Both the position numbers and the translations under genes were made by a program. The notes beneath the pieces are model-generated. The model was given only the letters and a program-made list of their open reading frames with translations, made no database searches and was not told the DNA's origin. DNA of 64,000 bases from assembly GCA_963786935.1 (NCBI GenBank), contig CAWBAN010000003.1, positions 64,001 to 128,000 of the forward strand. Direction: 5' to 3'. Numbering within the stretch: the stretch's first letter is position 1; each line of letters begins with the position of its first letter. Positions 56,991 to 64,000 of the stretch are shown here, one piece after another. The DNA is from an uncultured bacterium. Lineage in GTDB: Bacteria > Krumholzibacteriota > Krumholzibacteriia > Krumholzibacteriales > Krumholzibacteriaceae.

Positions 56991-58676
56991 ATGGCGCCGC
57001 TCGGATCGACCAACATCGTGATCGGCGGAGAGGCCGGCCAGGGGCTCGTGACGGTCGGGGGGCTCCTCGCGAGGGTTCTCGCCGCGGAGGGCTACCGGTT
57101 CGTCGTCACGCAGGGCTATCAGTCGAGGATCCGCGGGGGGCACAACACCTACGAGGTGCGGGTGAGCCCCGACGCCGTCGAGGCGCCCGCCGAGGAGATC
57201 GACGTCCTCGTCGCCCTCGATGACGCGACCGTGGCGCTGCGCGCCGCCGATCTCGCCCCGGGCGCGCTCGTCATCGCCGACGCGTCCCACTGCGGCGTCG
57301 AGCCGCGCTGCGTCGGCGTGCCGTTCAAGGATCTCTCTCCCCCTCCGTTCAGGAACATCGCCGCGCTCGGGGTGGTCTGCGGGATGCTCGGGCTCGACGA
57401 GCAGGCGGCCGCCCGGATCGTCGACGAGACCTTCGGCGCGAAGCATCCGGAGAAGGCCGCGGGAAACCGTGACGCGCTCGCGAAGGGGATCGCCTGGTGC
57501 GCCGGGAGGGAATCGGCGTTCCGCCGCCTGCCGGCGGCGCCGCGGGGTCCGCGGCGGATCGTGCTCGCGGGGAACGAGGCGCTCGCCCTCGGCGCGGTTT
57601 CGGCCGGGCTCCGGTTCGTTTCGTTCTATCCGATGACGCCGGCGACGGGGATACCGCTCACGGTCATCGGGATGGCGGAGCGGATGGGGATCGTGGTCGA
57701 GCAGGCCGAGGACGAGATCGCCGCTATCAACATGGCCATCGGCGCCTCGTTCGCCGGAGCGCCGAGCATGACCGCGACCGCGGGCGGCGGCTTCGCGCTC
57801 ATGGTCGAGGGCGTGAGCCTCGCCGGGATGACGGAGACGCCGGTCGTGATCGTCGTGGGGCAGCGTCCGGCGCCCGCGACGGGGCTCCCGACGCGCACCG
57901 AGCAGGCGGATCTCGAGTTCGTGCTCCACGCGGGGCACGGGGAATTCCCGCGGGCGATCCTCGCGCCCGGCGGCGTCGAGGAGTGCTTCCACCTCGCGCG
58001 GAAGGCGTTTTTCCTCGCCGAGGCCCATCAGGGCCCCGTGTTCATCCTCACCGATCAGTTTCTCGCCGACAGCTACCGCGCCGTGGAGCCGTTCGATCTC
58101 GCCGGCCTCGACGCGGTGCGGCCGGGAGCCGATCCCGCCTCCATCGCCGCGCCCTACCGGCGCCACGCATTCACCGCGGGCGGCGTGAGCCCGCGGCTGC
58201 TGCCCGGCGCGAGCGACACCCTCGTCGTGACCGACAGCGACGAGCACACCGAGGACGGCCATCTCACCGAGGACCTCGGCGTGCGCGCGAAGATGGTCGA
58301 AAAGCGGCTCGCGAAGCTCGACGGCCTCAGCCGGGACGCGCTGGCGCCCGCGTACGAGGGAAGCGAGAGCCCGGAGCTGCTCCTCGTCTCGTGGGGCTCG
58401 ACGCGCGGATCGGCCCGGGAGGCGGCCGCGGCGATCAGGGCGAACGGCGTCGACGCCGCCACGCTCCATTTCAGCCAGGTGTGGCCGCTCGTGCCGGAGC
58501 GGTTCCTCGGCCGGCTCGAGCGGGCCGGGAGCGTCGTCTGCGTCGAGGGGAACGCGACGGGCCAGCTCGCGCGGCTCATCCGCCGCGAAACGGGATTCGA
58601 GATCGAGGAGCGGGTGTCGCGGTACGACGGTCTTCCCATCACGCCCGGATATATCGTGCGGGCGTTGAGCGTTTGA
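56991..58676 (+). CDS. korA: 2-oxoacid:ferredoxin oxidoreductase alpha subunit (with fused gamma domain)
   Basis: GGEAGQG, SRIRGGHN, GNEA, YPMTPAT, QAEDEIAA, TGLPTRTEQAD. Confidence 0.9.
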   Translation: MAPLGSTNIVIGGEAGQGLVTVGGLLARVLAAEGYRFVVTQGYQSRIRGGHNTYEVRVSPDAVEAPAEEIDVLVALDDATVALRAADLAPGALVIADASHCGVEPRCVGVPFKDLSPPPFRNIAALGVVCGMLGLDEQAAARIVDETFGAKHPEKAAGNRDALAKGIAWCAGRESAFRRLPAAPRGPRRIVLAGNEALALGAVSAGLRFVSFYPMTPATGIPLTVIGMAERMGIVVEQAEDEIAAINMAIGASFAGAPSMTATAGGGFALMVEGVSLAGMTETPVVIVVGQRPAPATGLPTRTEQADLEFVLHAGHGEFPRAILAPGGVEECFHLARKAFFLAEAHQGPVFILTDQFLADSYRAVEPFDLAGLDAVRPGADPASIAAPYRRHAFTAGGVSPRLLPGASDTLVVTDSDEHTEDGHLTEDLGVRAKMVEKRLAKLDGLSRDALAPAYEGSESPELLLVSWGSTRGSAREAAAAIRANGVDAATLHFSQVWPLVPERFLGRLERAGSVVCVEGNATGQLARLIRRETGFEIEERVSRYDGLPITPGYIVRALSV

Positions 58677-58686
58677 GGGGGCGCGC

Positions 58687-59553
58687 ATGGTTTCGATCGA
58701 GGATTACGGAACGTACGAAACGGCCTGGTGCCCCGGCTGCGGCAACTTCGCGCTCCTCGAAGGGGTCAAGAAGGGCCTCGTCGCGGCGGGGCTCGCCCCG
58801 CGGGACGTGCTCTTCGTGAGCGGCATCGGGCAGGCGGCGAAGGCGCCGCACTACCTCAACGCGAACGTCTTCGACGGGCTCCACGGCCGCTCCCTGCCCG
58901 TCGCCACGGGCGCCAAGCTCGCCAACCCGAATCTCGCCGTGCTCGTCGAGAGCGGCGACGGCTGCTGCTACGGGGAGGGGGGGAACCACTTCCTCGCCGC
59001 GATCAGGCGCAACGTCGACGTCACGATGATCGTGCACGACAACCAGATCTACGGCCTCACGAAAGGGCAGGCGAGCCCCACGTCGGAGGAAGGCACGAAG
59101 ACGAAGGCGCAGCCCGGCGGCGTCCTCCTCGAGCGCTTCAACCCGCTCGCCGTCGCCGTCGCGATGCGCGCCGGATTCGTGGCGCGGAGCTTCACGGGAG
59201 CGGTCGACCACCTCGCCGACATGATCAGGCAGGGGATCGCGCACCGCGGGTTCTCCGTGATCGACGTTCTGCAGCCATGCGTCTCGTTCAACAAGGTGAA
59301 CACCTTCGCCTGGTACAAGAAGCGCTGCCGCGAGCTCGACGCCGGATACGATCCCGCCGATTGGGCGGCCGCCGCGAAGACCGCCGTCGAGTGGGGGGAC
59401 ACGATCCCGATCGGCGTGATCTACCGGAACGACCGTGCGCCGTTCGAGAGCCTCGAGCCCGCGCTCGCCGCGGGGCCGCTCGCGGGCCGCTCCGTCGATT
59501 TCGCCGCGCTCGGCGCCGAAATGATGCGCATCGGAGGCGCCGCCGATGATTGA
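58687..59553 (+). CDS. korB: 2-oxoacid:ferredoxin oxidoreductase beta subunit
   Basis: WCPGCGN, SGIG, LHGR, GDG TPP motif, NQIYGLTKGQASPT, QPCVSFN. Confidence 0.9.
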   Translation: MVSIEDYGTYETAWCPGCGNFALLEGVKKGLVAAGLAPRDVLFVSGIGQAAKAPHYLNANVFDGLHGRSLPVATGAKLANPNLAVLVESGDGCCYGEGGNHFLAAIRRNVDVTMIVHDNQIYGLTKGQASPTSEEGTKTKAQPGGVLLERFNPLAVAVAMRAGFVARSFTGAVDHLADMIRQGIAHRGFSVIDVLQPCVSFNKVNTFAWYKKRCRELDAGYDPADWAAAAKTAVEWGDTIPIGVIYRNDRAPFESLEPALAAGPLAGRSVDFAALGAEMMRIGGAADD

Positions 59554-60358
59554 CGCGCTGCGGGGGCTCGACCCGCTCGTCCAGACGCTCCTCGCCACGT
59601 CGTTCACGTGGGGCATGACCGCGCTCGGCGCCGCCGCGGTGTTCGCTTTCAGGACCTTCAATCAAAAAGTGCTCGATTCGATGCTCGGCTTCGCCGGCGG
59701 CGTCATGATCGCGGCGAGCTTCTGGTCGCTGCTCGCCCCCGCCATCGATATGTGCGAGGGGGGCGGCTTGCCCTGCTGGTTTCCCCCGGCGGCGGGATTC
59801 GCGGCCGGTGCCGCGGCGCTGCGCGTCATCGATCTCGTTTTGCCCCACCTCCATCCGGGGCTCTCCGTCGATCACGCGGAGGGCATCCGCACGACGTGGC
59901 GGCGGAGCACGCTCCTCGTGCTCGCGATCACGCTGCACAACATCCCCGAAGGGCTCGCCGTGGGCGTCGTGTTCGGGGCGGCCGCGTCGGGATTCGGACC
60001 AGCCTCGCTCGCCGGCGCGGCGGCGCTCACCATCGGGATCGGCATCCAGAATTTCCCCGAAGGGCTCGCCGTCTCCCTGCCGCTCCGCCGCGAGGGACTG
60101 TCGCGCGTGAGAAGCTTCTGGTACGGCCAGCTTTCCGGGGCCGTCGAGCCGGTCGCCGCCGTCGCGGGCGTGCTCGCCGTCGCTTCGGCCCGGGCGCTCC
60201 TGCCGTATGCCCTCGGCTTCGCGGCGGGCGCCATGATCTACGTCGTCGTGGAAGAGGTGATCCCCGAGTCGCAGACCGGGGGCAACTCGGACATCGCCAC
60301 CATCGGCACGGTCATCGGTTTCGTCGTCATGATGATTCTCGACGTGAGCCTGTCCTAG
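59546..60358 (+). CDS. zupT: ZIP family metal transporter (ZupT/GufA)
   Basis: GFAGGVMIAASFWSLL, PHLH, TLHNIPEG, IQNFPEG, FAAGAMIYVV. Confidence 0.9.
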   Translation: MIDALRGLDPLVQTLLATSFTWGMTALGAAAVFAFRTFNQKVLDSMLGFAGGVMIAASFWSLLAPAIDMCEGGGLPCWFPPAAGFAAGAAALRVIDLVLPHLHPGLSVDHAEGIRTTWRRSTLLVLAITLHNIPEGLAVGVVFGAAASGFGPASLAGAAALTIGIGIQNFPEGLAVSLPLRREGLSRVRSFWYGQLSGAVEPVAAVAGVLAVASARALLPYALGFAAGAMIYVVVEEVIPESQTGGNSDIATIGTVIGFVVMMILDVSLS

Positions 60359-60383
60359 GACCCGCTCATCCCCGAAATGCCGC

Positions 60384-61529
60384 TCAGCCGGCCGGCCGGC
60401 GCGCGCCTCTCCTCATTCCGGTCAATCGAAGAGCGCCGAGCGCCGCGGTGACGCCGGCGAGCGAGCCGCCCGAGAGCGCGGCCGTCCACTCGCGGGACGG
60501 GAGCGGGTAGCGCGCGACGAGCCAATGGAAGCTCGAGAGGAATCCGCCGGCGAGCACGAGCGCGACGAGGCCTCCGTTCGGCCACACGCAATCCTGGAGA
60601 ATGAGCCCGACGAGCGGATAGAACACGAGGGAAGCGGGATTGAGCAGGCGCTCGTTGTTGTGCCCGAAAAAGGGCGTGGCCGCCACGAGCGCGAAGAACA
60701 GGACGAGATGGATTCGTCCCTTGAAGAACGCGCGCGTGCGTCCGAAGAACACGAACGGCACGAACGCGAGGGGGACGAACGGATTCACGAGCACGTGGTA
60801 CATGCGCTCGAGCGACGTGATCTTGGTCCAGTGCGCCGCGACGGCCTCCGTCAGCGTGGGGCCGGCCGCCGGGTGGACGAGGAGACGGATCGCCGCGAAG
60901 ACGGCGAGGCCGGGGGCCGCCGCCGCGGCGAACTTCCGGCCTTCCCGCGCGAGCAGGCCGCTCTCGGCGAGATACAGGGCGCCGACGGGAATCATGATCA
61001 TGGCCGTTTCCCGCGTGGCGGCGCCGAGCGCGAACGCGACGGCGAAACGGAGCCATCGGGCCTCCGCCAACGACAGAAGAATGACGACGAGCAGGATGTT
61101 CATGATGATGTCGTTGACGTGGAAGTAGTTCCAGGACGTGAAGCCGAAGAAATGCTTGTTGAATACGTAGAGCGCGGCCGCGACGCAGGCGAACGGCGGC
61201 CGGAGCCCGAACGAGCGCGCGAGGCGATACAGCAGATAGACGAAGAGCAGGGAGAGCGCGATGTTGACGGCGAGGAACGAGCGCTCGAGGGGGCCCGGGA
61301 TGAGGCCGGTCAGGTACGGACCGAGGAGCCGGAACGCGAAGGGGCGCGGGGCGCTTGCGTCGAGGGAAGGCGCGTCGGCGGCCATCCGTATGTAGATGAG
61401 GGAATCCCATTCGTGGAACGCCGCGTTCGTCGGGTCGATGCGGCCGTAGAGGAAGATCATCGCCGCGGTGACGAGCGCGAGGACGAGCAGCGGTTTCAGG
61501 TCGGCGCGATCGAAGTCGATTCCGTTCAT
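60384..61529 (-). CDS. Polytopic membrane protein, possibly GT-C fold
   Basis: ~10 TM helices; first loop WDSLIY...PFAFRLLGPYL; TRETA motif; start position uncertain. Confidence 0.65.
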   Translation of the reverse strand: MNGIDFDRADLKPLLVLALVTAAMIFLYGRIDPTNAAFHEWDSLIYIRMAADAPSLDASAPRPFAFRLLGPYLTGLIPGPLERSFLAVNIALSLLFVYLLYRLARSFGLRPPFACVAAALYVFNKHFFGFTSWNYFHVNDIIMNILLVVILLSLAEARWLRFAVAFALGAATRETAMIMIPVGALYLAESGLLAREGRKFAAAAAPGLAVFAAIRLLVHPAAGPTLTEAVAAHWTKITSLERMYHVLVNPFVPLAFVPFVFFGRTRAFFKGRIHLVLFFALVAATPFFGHNNERLLNPASLVFYPLVGLILQDCVWPNGGLVALVLAGGFLSSFHWLVARYPLPSREWTAALSGGSLAGVTAALGALRLTGMRRGARRPAG

Positions 61530-61716
61530 CTCGCGGGCAATTCTCGATTCAAACGCTCCGCAAGGCAAGACCATTTTTGCGGCGCGCCCCTCACCCCGGC
61601 CCCCGGGCCTCCGCGATGCGGTCTTGTCCGGTCGCCGCCGATATGCTATAAAGGCCGGACGAGCGCCCCGCCGGCGCGAATTATCGCGATCGAACCCGAA
61701 CACGAGGAGTCATGCC

Positions 61717-63318
61717 ATGATTTTCGAGAGACGAGCGACGCCGCTTCTGTTCGCCGCCCTGCTCATCGCGACGGTGAGCATGAGCGCGCCGGCGAGCCGG
61801 GCCAAGGACATTCCCGACGGCTGCACGACGATCACCGTCGGGCGCCTCGCCTCCGCCGACGGCTCGGTCATGACGTCGCACACGTGCGACAGCCATGACG
61901 GGCGCCTGTGGCTGTATGCCGTGCCGCGGCAGAAGCACGCCCCCGGTTCGATGAACCGCATCTATCTCCATACCGAGGAGATGGCGAGCTACGGCGACAC
62001 GACCGGTCTCGTCTACCGGGGATCGATTCCCGAAGTGCCGGAGACGTACTCGTACATTTGGGGCTTCTACGCGTGCATCAACGAGCGCCAGCTCTCGATC
62101 GGCGAATCCACGTTCGGCGGCAAGGAGGTCATGAAGAGCGATCGGGGGATGTTCAATCTCTACGAGCTCACGCGACTCATGGCCGAGCGCTGCGCGACGG
62201 CCCGCGAGGCGATCCGGCTCGCCGACGAGCTCCTCACGAAGTACGGCTATAACGACGGGGGGGAATGCCTCTCGATCGCCGACACGAAAGAGGTGTGGAT
62301 GTTCGAGGTCGTCGGCCCCGGCCAGGGGAAGATCGGCGCGGTCTGGGCCGCCCAGCGCGTTCCCGACGACCATATCAGCGTGAACGCGAACAGCGCCCGC
62401 ATCCGCCGGCTCGACCTCGACGACAAAGACAATTTCATGGCCTCGAAGAACGTGTTCAGCACCGCGATCGAGATGGGGCTCTGGGATCCGAAGAGCGGGG
62501 AGCCGTTCGAGTTCTGCTACGCGTACGGCGACCGCGCCTCGATGTGGGCGCGTCGTCGCGAATGGCGCGTGTACGATCTGCTCGCCCCGTCGCGGAAGTT
62601 CGACGCGAACCAGGAGAACTTCCCCTTCTCGATCAAGCCCGAGAAGAAGGTCTCGGTCGAGGAGGTCATGAAGATATTCGAGGACACCTACGAGGGCACC
62701 GAGTACGACATGACGAAGTTCATGCTCGTCAAGGACGAGAACGGGAAGTACGTCAAGAGCCCGTACGCGAATCCGTTCATGAACTACGACCAGATGCCGC
62801 TCTGGAAGATCAACGGGTCTCTCGGGGAGATGGGGGAACGCACGATAGCCCGCTACTACTGCGTCTATTTCATCGTGACGCAGTCCCGCGCCTGGCTGCC
62901 CGACCCGATCGGGGGCGTCTGCTGGTTCGGCTGGGACAATCCGGCGACGACGTGCAACGCGCCGCTCTACTGCGGGATCACGGATCTGCCCGCCTCGTGG
63001 AAATTCGGGGGCCCGAAGGGGCGCCCCGCCTACACGGAAGAAAGCGCGTGGTGGGCGTTCAACCGCGCGAGCGTCATCGCCGCTCACCGCTGGGGGGAGA
63101 TGCGGCATGACCTGTACGCGGTGCGCGATCCCTTCAGGCGGCAGGCGTTCGACGAGCAGAAGCGGATCGACGACGAGGCGTCGAAGCTCTATGCGGAAGA
63201 TCCGCGAAAGGCGGCGGAGTACCTGACCAAGTACAGCTGCGATTTCTGCACGCGTATCACGGAGGCGTACTGGAAGCTCGGAGACGATCTGTTCACGAAA
63301 TACGACGAGAAGTGGTAA
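61717..63318 (+). CDS. C69 family (Ntn-hydrolase) dipeptidase
   Basis: Signal peptide then CTTITVG...DGSVMTSHT, INERQLSIGESTF, ATAREAI, WAAQRVPD, RREWR. Confidence 0.88.
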   Translation: MIFERRATPLLFAALLIATVSMSAPASRAKDIPDGCTTITVGRLASADGSVMTSHTCDSHDGRLWLYAVPRQKHAPGSMNRIYLHTEEMASYGDTTGLVYRGSIPEVPETYSYIWGFYACINERQLSIGESTFGGKEVMKSDRGMFNLYELTRLMAERCATAREAIRLADELLTKYGYNDGGECLSIADTKEVWMFEVVGPGQGKIGAVWAAQRVPDDHISVNANSARIRRLDLDDKDNFMASKNVFSTAIEMGLWDPKSGEPFEFCYAYGDRASMWARRREWRVYDLLAPSRKFDANQENFPFSIKPEKKVSVEEVMKIFEDTYEGTEYDMTKFMLVKDENGKYVKSPYANPFMNYDQMPLWKINGSLGEMGERTIARYYCVYFIVTQSRAWLPDPIGGVCWFGWDNPATTCNAPLYCGITDLPASWKFGGPKGRPAYTEESAWWAFNRASVIAAHRWGEMRHDLYAVRDPFRRQAFDEQKRIDDEASKLYAEDPRKAAEYLTKYSCDFCTRITEAYWKLGDDLFTKYDEKW

Positions 63319-63357
63319 TCGCCGCCGGCGGCCGGCGGAAACGAGCGATCATAACGC

Positions 63358-63390
63358 GCCCCCGGAGAGTCAGCTTTCCGGGGGCTCTTT
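63358..63390 (+). terminator. Rho-independent terminator
   Basis: GCCCCCGGAGAG...CTTTCCGGGGGC stem followed by TCTTT. Confidence 0.65.
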
Positions 63391-63602
63391 CATATGCGGA
63401 ATTAAGGCCGCACTGCATTGGTAAAAAAATTCTGACATCTCGGAATAGATATCTGTTTATAATAATTCCACCTTCTAAATATGAAAATTGATTTTTCGTA
63501 AGTCTTTATTTTTTAATTGACAAACATGCTATTTGCGAATTAATATGAATATGATTATTAGCTTAGTTAATCATACAAACACTCTTTTATGGAGGTATCG
63601 TG

Positions 63603-64000
63603 ATGAGAATTCGGCGAACGATTATGGCAGCCCTTCTTCCGGCCGTCCTGGCGATGCCCGCATTCGCCGCCTGTCCGAACGCCCCGAGGGACGGCATTTA
63701 TGCGACGTCGAACGGCACGATTCTCGGCGGCCGCTCCTCCGAAGCATGGTGCAGCGGAGCGGGCCCGGGGCGGATCGGCAACACCGAGAGCGCCATGTCG
63801 TGGGACGGCGTCAATCTCGGCGCGCAGTGGAAGGTGTACGGCATGACGAGCGAGGGAGCCGAGGAGACCGCGCGGTACTTCGACGCGCACGGCAACGGCT
63901 GGATCGATTACGCGACGAACTACGTCGGGGGCAATTTCTGGCTGTCCGGCGCCGGCAATTGGGGAAACGGCGCCGCCGATTACTCGGGGACCGTGACCTA
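63603..64000 (+). CDS. Secreted hypothetical protein (truncated by the window end; absent from the ORF track)
   Basis: GGAGGT SD; MRIRRTIMAALLPAVLAMPAFA signal peptide, then ACPNAPRDGIY...GGRSSEAW...GNTESAMSWDGVNLGAQW; open to position 64000. Confidence 0.75.
   Translation, partial: MRIRRTIMAALLPAVLAMPAFAACPNAPRDGIYATSNGTILGGRSSEAWCSGAGPGRIGNTESAMSWDGVNLGAQWKVYGMTSEGAEETARYFDAHGNGWIDYATNYVGGNFWLSGAGNWGNGAADYSGTVT

Noticed and set aside
5504..58688. Other long antisense or alternate-frame ORFs (5504-8680, 12481-16089, 16137-18224, 55326-58688 and others)
   Set aside because: Shadow frames of motif-bearing genes; low-complexity Arg/Ala/Pro composition and no SD
1..64000. CRISPR arrays, prophage, IS elements, tRNA/rRNA, defence systems
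   Set aside because: I saw no regularly spaced DNA repeats, mobile-element enzymes or RNA gene signatures; the repeats present are degenerate protein-domain repeats

Overview
High-GC, gene-dense bacterial window with about 55 genes. I found no rRNA, tRNA, CRISPR array, integrase or transposase. Several secreted proteins end in a FlgD/T9SS-type 'QNxPNPFNP...KMVLLR' domain or a 'TTSWGGIKSLF' tail; with the anaerobe-type redox genes this suggests an uncultured FCB-group anaerobe such as Ca. Krumholzibacteriota or Latescibacterota (inference only). Main content, in order: (1) a lipoprotein made of five tandem pilin-head-like repeats, next to a GT-C/TPR glycosyltransferase; (2) a class-V PLP desulfurase-like gene divergent from a tusA-arsR-mvhD-like-hdrA(L)-hdrA-wHTH-qmoC-like-dsrE2 operon; (3) a large Ig-repeat surface protein; (4) a trehalose operon whose OtsA carries a TM-sensor-TM-HAMP receptor module; (5) an ECF sigma/anti-sigma pair, PPIase, Grx/FTR and malQ; (6) a kamA-ATP-grasp-ATP-grasp-GNAT operon preceded by a leader ORF; (7) an arsR/arsP-like cluster followed by envelope glycosylation genes and truD; (8) a structured 5' leader ahead of a GEVED protein and a ~2450-aa S8 protease; (9) a Fur/PerR-led oxidative-stress and metal cluster (rbr, dfx, ferritin, korAB, zupT); (10) a C69 dipeptidase and a truncated secreted protein. 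Two genes are each broken by a 1-nt deletion in a 6-nt G/C run, probably sequencing artefacts. Best candidates for undescribed systems: the sulfur-carrier-linked Qmo/Hdr-like complex, the receptor-type trehalose-6-phosphate synthase, the KamA/dual ATP-grasp/GNAT pathway and the poly-pilin lipoprotein. All family assignments come from motif recognition by eye, not database searches.
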